The position numbers and the translations under genes are program-made. The notes beneath the pieces are model-generated. The model had not been told where the DNA came from and ran no database searches. It saw nothing but the letters and a program-made list of their open reading frames with translations. Of a DNA stretch of 61,517 bases, positions 9,047-19,644 are shown piece after piece (position 1 is the first letter of the stretch; every line of letters starts with the position of its first letter). Source of the DNA: Candidatus Omnitrophota bacterium (GTDB taxonomy: Bacteria > Omnitrophota > Gorgyraeia > Zapsychrales > JANLHA01); assembly GCA_040753435.1 (NCBI GenBank), contig JBFMEN010000047.1:1-61517 (forward strand), in the 5' to 3' direction.

Positions 9047-9586
9047 TTAATTTATAATTCCAGGGCCGATCTTAACGCCTTTAAAGACCCCTGAACCGCC
9101 AATTGTTGTCCCTCCTGCAACTTTTAAGCACAAGTCATTAGCGCAGGTAGTTCCATTGGCACTGCCGCTGCAATATAACAACCTTAGAAAATCGACACTG
9201 GATCCTCCTTTTAATGCCGCTAATCTTGAATAACAGTAAGATAAGCTTCCAGTAATATTGGTAAAACAACTGCCGCCGAAACTACCCGTGAAAGAAAAGT
9301 GGCTTCCCGGAGAATCGAAAGGATTGCTTATGCCCAAATCATCAAAATCACCAAAGCAGCCGCTATCCCACAAAGAAGCACATGCGGAAAGTCTGGATTC
9401 ATTTATGTCGTTCATCATCAAGCATCGTTGCATGGATTTATTAATGATATTAAACGCCTGAATCGCTTCTGAAGCATGAGAAGCCTTAATCATACTCGCC
9501 AACTTCGGCAAAGCCAGACCGGTCATTACCCCGATGATAATAATGACGATGACGATTTCAAGAAGGGTAAATCCTTTTTTTCCCAT
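9047..9586 (-). CDS. type IV pilin paralog 3 (8 Cys)
   Basis: MGKKG|FTLLEIVIVIIIIG; same Cys scaffold and GSGVFKGxxIG C-terminus. Confidence 0.87.
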   Translation of the reverse strand: MGKKGFTLLEIVIVIIIIGVMTGLALPKLASMIKASHASEAIQAFNIINKSMQRCLMMNDINESRLSACASLWDSGCFGDFDDLGISNPFDSPGSHFSFTGSFGGSCFTNITGSLSYCYSRLAALKGGSSVDFLRLLYCSGSANGTTCANDLCLKVAGGTTIGGSGVFKGVKIGPGIIN

Positions 9587-9593
9587 AAAATTT

Positions 9594-9622
9594 AGAATAT
9601 CCTAAAAGAACTCCGAGTTCAA
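9594..9622 (-). promoter_or_regulatory. putative promoter of pilin 3 (leaderless geometry)
   Basis: TTGAAC (9622-9617), 17 nt, TATTCT (9599-9594); 7 nt to ATG 9586; no properly spaced SD. Confidence 0.45.
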
Positions 9623-9624
9623 AC

Positions 9625-9665
9625 AAAAAAAGAAAAAAGGGTAGAGATCTTCGCTCTACCCTTTT
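9625..9665 (-). terminator. intrinsic terminator after groEL
   Basis: aaaagggtagag-7 nt loop-ctctaccctttt perfect stem followed by a long T tract on the minus strand. Confidence 0.85.
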
Positions 9666-9697
9666 CATTTCCTGCTTGCGTTCTTTATCTGAACTAA

Positions 9698-11341
<1,644 letters not shown>

Positions 11342-11401
11342 TCAATTGTTCAAATTCTGAATTTACCTTAAATATTAAATCTCTTAAAACAACTCTGATT
11401 C

Positions 11402-11695
11402 TTATTTCTTAAGAATGGCCAAAATATCATCTTCTCGCATAATCAAATATTCTTCCCCTTCTTTGGTCGTTACTTCCGTTCCGCTGTACTTCCCATATAA
11501 TACGCAATCACCTGCTTTAACTGTCAGTCCAACTTTCTGGCCATTGTCCATGACTTTGCCATCTCCGACAGCGACCACTTCGCCTTCCTGCGGCTTCTCT
11601 TTTGCGGTATCTGGAAGAACGATGCCCCCTTTAGTCACTTCCTGCGCCTCAAGCGGCTTTACAATAACTCGGTCTGCCAATGGTTTGAGATTCAC
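11402..11695 (-). CDS. groS: co-chaperonin GroES
   Basis: [28 protein letters not shown]; GTG start with GGAGG SD. Confidence 0.98.
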   Translation of the reverse strand: MNLKPLADRVIVKPLEAQEVTKGGIVLPDTAKEKPQEGEVVAVGDGKVMDNGQKVGLTVKAGDCVLYGKYSGTEVTTKEGEEYLIMREDDILAILKK

Positions 11696-11747
11696 CTTGC
11701 ACCTCCTTGTTAAATAAGATTATCCAAATAAATCTTGCTGAATTTTT

Positions 11748-11774
11748 TTGGCACTTGAACTTTCAGAGTGCTAA
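11748..11774 (-). promoter_or_regulatory. CIRCE element (HrcA operator)
   Basis: minus strand TTAGCACTC-N9-AAGTGCCAA versus consensus TTAGCACTC-N9-GAGTGCTAA, upstream of groES. Confidence 0.92.
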
Positions 11775-11801
11775 TTTTACAAATTTTCAAAATTTTGTCA
11801 A
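11774..11801 (-). promoter_or_regulatory. sigma70-type promoter of groESL
   Basis: TTGACA (11801-11796), 16 nt, TAAAAT (11779-11774) abutting CIRCE. Confidence 0.65.
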
Positions 11802-11859
11802 GAAGAAAATTTTGCAGGAGGACGGAAAACTCGGGGAGAAAAAACGTAAGTACAAAAAA

Positions 11860-12897
11860 TTATAGCTCTTCAAGCGTTACTTTCACCTGTCCTTTTTTTG
11901 CTCCTCTTTGAAAAGTAATCTCGATAATATCACCAGCGGAATATTCCTTTTCAAGAATCCGGATCAAATCTTCATTATTGCAGATTTCCTTTCCGCCTAT
12001 CGAAATAATCATATCTCCGGCAGCAATCCCGCCGAAGCTGTCCCGACGCGTTGGCCTCAGGCCTGCCTTATCGGCGGGGCCATCCTTCTGAACATGGAGA
12101 ATCAAGGATCCTTCCAGTCCCATCCGTTGCCGAACACTGTCTGGCACCAGCACGACACCAAGACCAGCCCTCTTGATTCGGCCGAATTTAATCAATTGAG
12201 GAACGATGCGTTTGACATCATCAATTGGAATGGCAAATCCAACTCCGGCATAGGCGCCGGAAGGACTGAAAATCGCCGTGGAAATACCAATCACTTCACC
12301 TCTTGAATTAAGTAACGGTCCGCCTGAATTTCCGGGATTGATGGCGGCATCTGTCTGAATGACATCATAAATCTGACGGCCTGTCATGGAACGAATATTT
12401 CGTCCCAACGCGCTCACGACTCCTGTCGTTAAAGAATGATCCAGCCCGAAAGGATTTCCGATGGATAATACCCGTTGCCCTACCTTTAAATCTTTGGAAC
12501 TTCCCGCATTCACAGGGCTCAGTTCTTCCCTGGGCGAATCAATTTTCAAAACCGCCAAATCATGATCCGGCGAATATCCGACAATTTTTGCCGGATAGAC
12601 TTTCTGATTTGATAAAACTACGTGTACCCTGTCCGCCTGATAAATCACGTGAAAATTCGTTACGATATGTCCCCGGTCATCCCAGACAAATCCGGAACCG
12701 GCGCCTTGAGGAATTTCATAAATGTTTTCGGAAAACCAGTCCCACTGCAAAGCTGCGTTTTTGATAAAGACAACGGACGGAGCGGTTTTTTCAAAAACAT
12801 CAATAATCTGCTGTTCTTCAGAAATCAACTGGGCCGGCGCGGATATTGGTAAGAATAAAAGAAACAAAAAGAATATGAAAAAGCGATTCATCTTCAT
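11860..12897 (-). CDS. HtrA/DegP-family serine protease with one PDZ domain
   Basis: signal peptide; VTNFHV, DLAVL, TDAAINPGNSGGP; AAGGAG SD before ATG 12897. Confidence 0.92.
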   Translation of the reverse strand: MKMNRFFIFFLFLLFLPISAPAQLISEEQQIIDVFEKTAPSVVFIKNAALQWDWFSENIYEIPQGAGSGFVWDDRGHIVTNFHVIYQADRVHVVLSNQKVYPAKIVGYSPDHDLAVLKIDSPREELSPVNAGSSKDLKVGQRVLSIGNPFGLDHSLTTGVVSALGRNIRSMTGRQIYDVIQTDAAINPGNSGGPLLNSRGEVIGISTAIFSPSGAYAGVGFAIPIDDVKRIVPQLIKFGRIKRAGLGVVLVPDSVRQRMGLEGSLILHVQKDGPADKAGLRPTRRDSFGGIAAGDMIISIGGKEICNNEDLIRILEKEYSAGDIIEITFQRGAKKGQVKVTLEEL

Positions 12898-12926
12898 CAA
12901 TATTCTCCTTAATGTTTTCATGAAAA

Positions 12927-13748
12927 TTATAATAAGCTCGCCATTCCTTTGTAAATCAAATCCTTATCCACAAAACACCGGTACCTGGAAACATACTTTT
13001 TCATCAAGTCACTGTATCCCCCGGTCACGACAATACTTGGTTTTTGTTTCAATTGCTTTGATAGCAAACCAATAAGACCTTTGATCATTTCCCCGTAACC
13101 ATAAAAAATCCCGCTCAAAATGCTTTCTTCAGTTGTCTTTCCGATCAAATGATTGGGTTTGCAGATTTCAACCTTTGGCAACAAGGCCGTCTTATCATAA
13201 AGGGCTTCCGCCGACAAACGTATCCCAGGAACGATCATTCCCCCAAGGTATTCTTTTTTTAAGGAAACCGCATCCACTGTGATCGCTGTCCCGAGATCGA
13301 CTACGACCGCCGGACTCCCGTAAAGTTCAACGGCAGCATAGGCGCAGACAAGGCGATCCTGCCCGACTTGTTTTGGTTGAGCATATTGGTTATCAATAGG
13401 GACAATAATACTTTTGCCGACAACCTCAGGAACGATATCGAATACTTTTTTAACGCAACGGGCAACAACCGTCGTGGCTTTCGGAACGACACTGCAAATA
13501 ATGGCGGCGGCAATGGCAGTGTTGGCGTTAGTTAAAGATTGTTTTATATTTCGCTTTTCTCTCTTTGCTCTTCCTGTCTTGCCATGCAGACGCTCTTCGC
13601 TGACTAAAGCGCTAAACGCCTTAATCACTCGCTTCTCATAGCAGCCGGTTCCGGCGCCGGTTTCGACGCTCTCGCGTTTTAAAACCCTCTTCCCTTCAAC
13701 AACCGCAATACCCGTGTTTGTGTTACCGATATCAATGGCCATAATCAT
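12927..13748 (-). CDS. coaX: type III pantothenate kinase (with ~20-aa basic insertion)
   Basis: IDIGNTN, SVVP, GQDR, VDLGTAITVD, GGMIVPG, TGG. Confidence 0.92.
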   Translation of the reverse strand: MIMAIDIGNTNTGIAVVEGKRVLKRESVETGAGTGCYEKRVIKAFSALVSEERLHGKTGRAKREKRNIKQSLTNANTAIAAAIICSVVPKATTVVARCVKKVFDIVPEVVGKSIIVPIDNQYAQPKQVGQDRLVCAYAAVELYGSPAVVVDLGTAITVDAVSLKKEYLGGMIVPGIRLSAEALYDKTALLPKVEICKPNHLIGKTTEESILSGIFYGYGEMIKGLIGLLSKQLKQKPSIVVTGGYSDLMKKYVSRYRCFVDKDLIYKGMASLL

Positions 13749-15766
13749 TTTAATTTCCTTTTCTTTTCACGCTGTGACATTATGACCTCTTTGCCCGCGG
13801 CAGTTAATTCTTTAATTCGGTCGCGGATTGCGGCCGCTTTTTCGAATTCAAGATTCCTGGCCGCCAGTTCCATTTCCCTTTCAAGTTCGGCAACGTAATT
13901 TGAAAACGCATACTCTTCATCGTTCTGTCCGACTACCTGGCGCGTCAATTCAATCGCATCATCTTCACTATAAAATTCCGCGATGCCTGTCTTAATCGCT
14001 TTTTCAATGGATTTAGGCGTGATTCCATGCTCTTGATTAAACTCCTGTTGGATCTTTCGTCGGCGCTCACATTCTTCAATAGCTTCATGCATTGCACTGC
14101 TGATCGTGTCCGCGTACATAATAACACGACCATTAATATGACGCGCTGCCCGTCCAGAAACCTGGATTAAGGATGCCTTTGACCTTAAAAAACCCTGTTT
14201 GTCAGCGTCAAAAATTGCGACCAGCGAAACTTCCGGAAGATCCAATCCCTCCCGCAACAAGTTTACCCCGACAAGAACATCGAATTCCTTCATACGCAGA
14301 TCCTGGAGTATCTTGGCCCTGTCAATAGTCTGAATATCCGAGTGCAGATATTTTACACGAAGACCCCGTTCCAGCAAATACTCCGTAAGGTCTTCCGACA
14401 TCCGTTTGGTCAGTGTAGTAACCAGGACACGCTCATCAGCCTTTGCCCGTCGTTCACACTCGGACAATAAATCATCGACTTGTCCATTAGTAGGGCGAAC
14501 TTCAATCGGCGGATCAACAATGCCAGTCGGCCGAATGATCTGTTCAGCGATATATCCCCGGCTTTGTCTGATTTCATAGGCTCCCGGTGTCGCTGAAACA
14601 AAAACGCTCTGCCCTGTCAACTTTTCGAATTCTTCAAATTTAAGCGGACGATTGTCCAGACAGGACGGCAACCTGAATCCATGCTCCACCAGCGTTTCCT
14701 TCCGGGCTCGATCGCCTTCGTACATCCCTTTGATTTGCGGAACCGTGACATGAGACTCGTCAATCAAAACAATAAAATCTTCAGGAAAATAATTCAGCAG
14801 GCAATATGGCTGGGCACCTGGAGGCCGGCCGGATAGCGCACGTGAATAATTCTCAATCCCATGACAATATCCCATTTCTTTGAGCATTTCCATATCAAAG
14901 CGTGTCCGTGAATTCAACCGCTGCGCCTCGACCAGCTTCCCTGCCTTGTTCAATTCCGCCACCCGTAGCGTCATCTCCTCCTCAATTTCTTTTAACGCAT
15001 GTTCGATACGCAGTTGAGTGGTAATAAAATGTTTCGCCGGATAAACAGCTGTTTTCTCAAGGCGAGAGATGACGTTCCCTGAAACGGGATCGATCTGGCT
15101 GATTATTTCGATTTCATCGCCAAAAAACTCAATACGCAGGGCATCCTGACGGTATGAAGGATAGACCTCAAGGACATCGCCGCGCACCCGTATTTTCCCC
15201 CGGCTGAAATCGTAATCATTGCGCTCATATTGAATATCAATCAACTGCCGCAAAACTTCATCGCGGTCAATCCCCTGTCCTTTCTCAAGGAACACCAGCC
15301 TCGTTTGATAATCTTCCGGAGAGCCCAGATTATAAATACAGGAAACACTGGCGACGATGAGGACATCGCGCCTGGTCATCAATGAAGTCGTAGCGGCAAG
15401 ACGTAACCGATCGAGCCGGTCATTGATAGACGCGTCTTTTTCAATATAAACATCTGTTTGAGGAATATAAGCTTCCGGTTGATAATAATCGTAGTAGGAA
15501 ACAAAATATTCGACGGCATTGTGGGGGAAAAAATCTTTAAATTCACTATAAAGTTGGGCGGCCAGGGTTTTATTGTGAGAAATAACAAGAACAGGTCTAT
15601 TGATGCGTTCGACGGCATTGGCCAAAGTAAAAGTTTTTCCGCTTCCTGTGACACCAAGTAATGTCTGGGCCTTCACTCCCTTATTGACGTTAGCAACAAT
15701 CTCATTGACAGCATTAAGCTGATCGACAACCGGTTTAAAGCTGCTGACTAATTGAAAATGTTCCAT
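13745..15766 (-). CDS. uvrB: excinuclease ABC subunit B
   Basis: GVTGSGKT, YYDYYQPEAY beta hairpin, DESH, C-terminal UVR domain. Confidence 0.99.
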   Translation of the reverse strand: MEHFQLVSSFKPVVDQLNAVNEIVANVNKGVKAQTLLGVTGSGKTFTLANAVERINRPVLVISHNKTLAAQLYSEFKDFFPHNAVEYFVSYYDYYQPEAYIPQTDVYIEKDASINDRLDRLRLAATTSLMTRRDVLIVASVSCIYNLGSPEDYQTRLVFLEKGQGIDRDEVLRQLIDIQYERNDYDFSRGKIRVRGDVLEVYPSYRQDALRIEFFGDEIEIISQIDPVSGNVISRLEKTAVYPAKHFITTQLRIEHALKEIEEEMTLRVAELNKAGKLVEAQRLNSRTRFDMEMLKEMGYCHGIENYSRALSGRPPGAQPYCLLNYFPEDFIVLIDESHVTVPQIKGMYEGDRARKETLVEHGFRLPSCLDNRPLKFEEFEKLTGQSVFVSATPGAYEIRQSRGYIAEQIIRPTGIVDPPIEVRPTNGQVDDLLSECERRAKADERVLVTTLTKRMSEDLTEYLLERGLRVKYLHSDIQTIDRAKILQDLRMKEFDVLVGVNLLREGLDLPEVSLVAIFDADKQGFLRSKASLIQVSGRAARHINGRVIMYADTISSAMHEAIEECERRRKIQQEFNQEHGITPKSIEKAIKTGIAEFYSEDDAIELTRQVVGQNDEEYAFSNYVAELEREMELAARNLEFEKAAAIRDRIKELTAAGKEVIMSQREKKRKLK

Positions 15767-15787
15767 CTATTTTTTACCCTTCTAAAA

Positions 15788-16240
15788 TCATCGCAAATAA
15801 TTCCTTACATGCTCAAAAAAACAACTTGCCAGCCTCTTATCCCCAAAACTTTTGCGCTTGAAAATCCCCCAATCCGCAATAACAAAATGCCGGACTTCCA
15901 TCTCGGTTATATCCTGGTAGGTTCGGACATAAACATTCATTCGTCCATAGCGTGTTCCCAACAACAGCCTTGTCTTTCGAACCCCTGTCACCAGCAGCAC
16001 GGCTTCTCCTTCTTCAGGAAACACCATATCAATTTCATAGACCTGTGGCTCAACTTCTTTTTCAATCACCCACCCCAGATCAACTAAAGTCTGTTTGGCC
16101 GCATCAAGGACGTTTGCATGCCCGCTATAAAAACGCTCTGTACAGGGTTTTTTATCTGATAGATAAACCGGAATGCTCACCGTACTGCATCCATATATGA
16201 ATATAATCAAGACCGCAAATAATAAAAGTTTTCCTTTCAT
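15788..16240 (-). CDS. lipoprotein of unknown function
   Basis: MKGKLLLFAVLIIFIYG|C lipobox; AAGGA SD before ATG 16240. Confidence 0.7.
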   Translation of the reverse strand: MKGKLLLFAVLIIFIYGCSTVSIPVYLSDKKPCTERFYSGHANVLDAAKQTLVDLGWVIEKEVEPQVYEIDMVFPEEGEAVLLVTGVRKTRLLLGTRYGRMNVYVRTYQDITEMEVRHFVIADWGIFKRKSFGDKRLASCFFEHVRNYLR

Positions 16241-16250
16241 TGTCCAATCC

Positions 16251-16940
16251 TTAAATGAATTTATTGACAAAAGAAATATCTATTCCTGATCCTTTCAAAA
16301 ACCCCTTCATGTCTTCAGGCAATTCAGCTTCAACTGAGACTTCTTTTCCTGTTAACGGATGATTAAAACTTACATGCATGGCATGCAAAGCAAGACGTTT
16401 CATATCGATATCAAAGTCCCGGCGCATCGCATAAATGCGTTCTCCCAGCAAAGGATGTCCGATATGGGCAAAATGAATACGGATTTGATTGGTCCTTCCA
16501 GTTTCCGGAACGACCTTCACGATCGTAAAACCTTTCCCATAAGTCATCACCTGAAAGCGCGTCGATGCAGGCTTCGCCCTGCTTTTATCAGAAAATTTTT
16601 TCTGGTGATAATCCTGAACCTTTTCGGCCAATGTTCCCGATCTTTGTTTCAAGCGCCCTTTAACAAAGGCAAGATAAGTTTTGTGCACCCGTCCCTGCTG
16701 AAAGAGTTGCATCATCAACTGCTGGTTTTTCTTGCCTTTAGCATAAACAATTACTCCAGAAGTAGACTGATCTAGGCGATGACAGGGATGAAGGGCCAGG
16801 CCCTCATGAGGATATTGTTCATTAACGATCCTGGTCAGAAAATTTTGTGTTTTGCCGGGAGCCGGCGTCACCAGGACCCCGGAAGGCTTGTTGAAAATAA
16901 TAAACTGTCCGTCGTCATATAATATTGAAATTTTTTTCAT
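16251..16940 (-). CDS. RluA/RluD-family RNA pseudouridine synthase (no S4 domain)
   Basis: NKPSG, HRLDQSTSG catalytic motif, TGRTNQIR, GHPLLG, LHA; start moved to ATG 16940. Confidence 0.9.
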   Translation of the reverse strand: MKKISILYDDGQFIIFNKPSGVLVTPAPGKTQNFLTRIVNEQYPHEGLALHPCHRLDQSTSGVIVYAKGKKNQQLMMQLFQQGRVHKTYLAFVKGRLKQRSGTLAEKVQDYHQKKFSDKSRAKPASTRFQVMTYGKGFTIVKVVPETGRTNQIRIHFAHIGHPLLGERIYAMRRDFDIDMKRLALHAMHVSFNHPLTGKEVSVEAELPEDMKGFLKGSGIDISFVNKFI

Positions 16941-16960
16941 CAATTTCCCCTTCCGCTGTT

Positions 16961-18481
16961 TTAAAGACAACCACCTTGCGAATGAACAAGATATAATTCG
17001 CATGGGACGACTGAATCCTTCAATACTCCTCGATGCCAATATTGAAACATCTGTTGCCCCTTCAACTCAAGACCATAATAATCGCGCATGCCTTTAAAAA
17101 ATATTGAAAAAGGATCGTAGCTCTTTAATCCATGACAAGTGATATAAACAGGAACCTTCTTCGCCAGAAGATTATCGAGCTCTTCTTTAAACGTCTTCAG
17201 TTCATTTTTTTTAAAATAAGGATTTGCGAGAGGACGAGACAAAAGTTTAACCCCCGCCCTGAGATAAAAAACACTCCCATCGCCAACAATAACAACAGAG
17301 TCAGGTTCGACATTATCCTTGATCCATCCGGCAAATCTACCCGTCACATCACTTAAATGCCTTTCTTCAAAAATAGAAACATATGTTTTAAAAGGCACGA
17401 TCGATAAAATCAGAACTAGCAGCAAAGAAAGCACGGCAAACTCTTTTCTTGACTGATGATTAAGCCAGTCTAATACAAATCCGATTCCGATATATAAAGG
17501 AGGAAGGGACATGATTAAAAAACGCGGCAATCCGAATGCGACGAGAGCAAACGATAATAAAACCGAAAAGAACCATACGCCGATAAAAATTCTCTTCTTG
17601 ACCGAAGGAATCACTATTAAAGAAACCATGAATAGCGCCAACCCCAAATACAAGGTATTTTGTCTTAACAAATCCAGATAGGAACGAAAATAATGCAGAT
17701 AGTGGCCAAAGGTAAGAAAAGAAAAAAGCTCCTTATTCAAAAAATAAACAACCGAAGGCGCCCCGGGAACCACGCTCCTAATTAAAATTGGAGCATAAAA
17801 AATCAGGCAAATACTCCCCCCCAATAAGGTAAATATTAACCAGGGAGCTCTAAAAATTTTTTCCCCCGGCGCTTCACCTTTTTTAAAGATCAATAACGTC
17901 AAAAAAGCCGGATAAACTGCCACTGCATCCTGAACTCGCGCTGCCATTGCCAGACCAAAAAACAGACTCGACCATAAAAGGGAAGAATCTTTATCATCAG
18001 ACGAAAACTTCAAGACCCAATAAAGACTTAATAAAATGAAAAAAGCTGCCGGCATATGGGAATTCCCGTAAAGGGAGTTTCCTAAATAGATCGGACTAAC
18101 GCTTAACAGGAACGACGAAATAACAGCCGTACCCTCAGTCAACATTTTTCTTACAAAATGAAAAAAAACCCAGACGGTCAAGGAAGAAAAAACAACACTC
18201 ATGAAATTCACTGCCAAAATACTTTCCCATTTCATCTTTTGGGCCAAGGCCACAAATCCTGCCGCTAATATGGAAGTGAGAGGAAAGCCATGACTATGAC
18301 TGTAGTGTAGTATTCCCGTATTGACCGTTTTCTCAGCCGCTTCTACCAACATCAGGCAGTCGCAATGAAAAGCTCCGACTCCCATTAATCGCAACCTTAG
18401 AATCAAGCTGAATAAAAAAATCCCAACGGCGATCAAAGAAGAATGTTGTCCAAAGGATATTTTGCTTCTCACTATTGGCAT
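16961..18481 (-). CDS. polytopic membrane glycosyltransferase-like protein (GT-C / ArnT-PMT-like)
   Basis: many hydrophobic helices, H-x-D early loop, PL plus helix pattern, PRF motif, soluble C-terminal domain. Confidence 0.6.
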   Translation of the reverse strand: MPIVRSKISFGQHSSLIAVGIFLFSLILRLRLMGVGAFHCDCLMLVEAAEKTVNTGILHYSHSHGFPLTSILAAGFVALAQKMKWESILAVNFMSVVFSSLTVWVFFHFVRKMLTEGTAVISSFLLSVSPIYLGNSLYGNSHMPAAFFILLSLYWVLKFSSDDKDSSLLWSSLFFGLAMAARVQDAVAVYPAFLTLLIFKKGEAPGEKIFRAPWLIFTLLGGSICLIFYAPILIRSVVPGAPSVVYFLNKELFSFLTFGHYLHYFRSYLDLLRQNTLYLGLALFMVSLIVIPSVKKRIFIGVWFFSVLLSFALVAFGLPRFLIMSLPPLYIGIGFVLDWLNHQSRKEFAVLSLLLVLILSIVPFKTYVSIFEERHLSDVTGRFAGWIKDNVEPDSVVIVGDGSVFYLRAGVKLLSRPLANPYFKKNELKTFKEELDNLLAKKVPVYITCHGLKSYDPFSIFFKGMRDYYGLELKGQQMFQYWHRGVLKDSVVPCELYLVHSQGGCL

Positions 18482-18490
18482 AGATCATTA

Positions 18491-18525
18491 AATAAAAAAG
18501 GACAGGCCGGGAAAGACCTGTCCTT
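18491..18525 (-). terminator. intrinsic terminator after the PilZ-small protein unit
   Basis: aaggacagg-10 nt-cctgtcctt stem followed by TTTTATT on the minus strand. Confidence 0.75.
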
Positions 18526-18544
18526 CAAAAAAAATTGATAAAAA

Positions 18545-18721
18545 TTATTCCATAGGCTCAAATGTTTCGTCCTCACCGTCCTCATCGATCTGGGATTCCA
18601 GTAAATTAGTGATGCGGTTGAGTTTTCTCAAAACAAGAACTGGAAAAATAACGAACATCCAGGCATTAACCGCAATAATAATAAACTGCTGAACCGGTGA
18701 TAATGATAAAACATTTTCCAT
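18545..18721 (-). CDS. 58-aa single-pass membrane protein with acidic tail (not in ORF track)
   Basis: hand translation MENVLSLSPVQQFIIIAVNAWMFVIFPVLVLRKLNRITNLLESQIDEDGEDETFEPME; AAGGGG SD; sits between the PilZ stop and the terminator. Confidence 0.75.
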   Translation of the reverse strand: MENVLSLSPVQQFIIIAVNAWMFVIFPVLVLRKLNRITNLLESQIDEDGEDETFEPME

Positions 18722-18734
18722 AATAATAAACCCC

Positions 18735-19112
18735 TTAAATCTCCGCTTTCTGCATCATTGAATGAACATAGTCAGCAATGGCATTGGCATCTTTATCGGC
18801 AATATCGTTAAAATAAATGGCTGTATTATAATTTTCTTTATCTTCTGCCGGCTCAACGCGTACAATTACGCCTTCACATGAAATTTTCTTTGTCAAAATC
18901 TTTCCGTTTTTTTTGTAAGAAAGAAGCAGTTGAATTTTCAATTTTGTCATAGGGTCGATATATTTATCGACCTTGCAGAGAACCCCTGAACGGCTAAGGT
19001 TTTTAGCCTCCGTGACTGCGTCAAACTCTTCTCCGCAAATCTTAACAGGCACATTCCCTTTAACGCGGGGATGCCTTCTTCTTTCTTTTTCTAATCTGCC
19101 GAGATCAACCAC
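18735..19112 (-). CDS. stand-alone PilZ domain protein
   Basis: RRRHPR (RxxxR) and NLSRSG (D/NxSxxG) motifs; GTG start with GGAG SD. Confidence 0.88.
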   Translation of the reverse strand: MVDLGRLEKERRRHPRVKGNVPVKICGEEFDAVTEAKNLSRSGVLCKVDKYIDPMTKLKIQLLLSYKKNGKILTKKISCEGVIVRVEPAEDKENYNTAIYFNDIADKDANAIADYVHSMMQKAEI

Positions 19113-19272
19113 GATTTTCTCCGTTTTCAGAAATTATTCTGAAGTCTCTTCAGCCTTCGCATCTTTTCTTGATTTTGTCCAGCAATTCATGTTGCAATAA
19201 TAGCGGCTATTGCGATAAAAACGCTTTGCGGGCTTGACTGTTTTTTTACAAAAAGCACATTTTTTTAATTCT

Positions 19273-19644
19273 TCACTTATCTCGTGGGCCATTTAAAACC
19301 ACTCCTTTCAACGAAGAACGCCCTTCAAAACAATCTTCAAAACACTTTCGATAAAAATTATATAAAGGGTCATTCTGAAATTCTATTCCGAATTGGTAAT
19401 AATCCCCAAAAGGTTCCTTTTGGACCCATACAACCTTTCCTGAAATAATAAATTGATCGTGATCCCGCAACTGAAAACAGACGCGTAATTCAGTGCCTAA
19501 CGCTAAAAACTGTTGCGATCTTAATCGAACTCCCCCGCAACTCAAATCATAAGCCGCTGCACCCTCAAAGGTTTCAAATCGGCTGGTTTCTATCCCTGAA
19601 GGTTCCCTGAAAGGAATACGGCGAAAACGTCTATGTTCTGCCAC
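19273..19644 (-). CDS. stand-alone PilZ domain protein
   Basis: RRFRR and DLSCGG motifs, GKVVWV, YQFGIEF; GTG start with AAGGGG SD. Confidence 0.88.
   Translation of the reverse strand: MAEHRRFRRIPFREPSGIETSRFETFEGAAAYDLSCGGVRLRSQQFLALGTELRVCFQLRDHDQFIISGKVVWVQKEPFGDYYQFGIEFQNDPLYNFYRKCFEDCFEGRSSLKGVVLNGPRDK

Noticed and set aside
9608-9620. GAAC-N5-GTTC as a LexA box
   Set aside because: The spacing differs from the GAAC-N4-GTTC box, and no such site was seen before uvrB.
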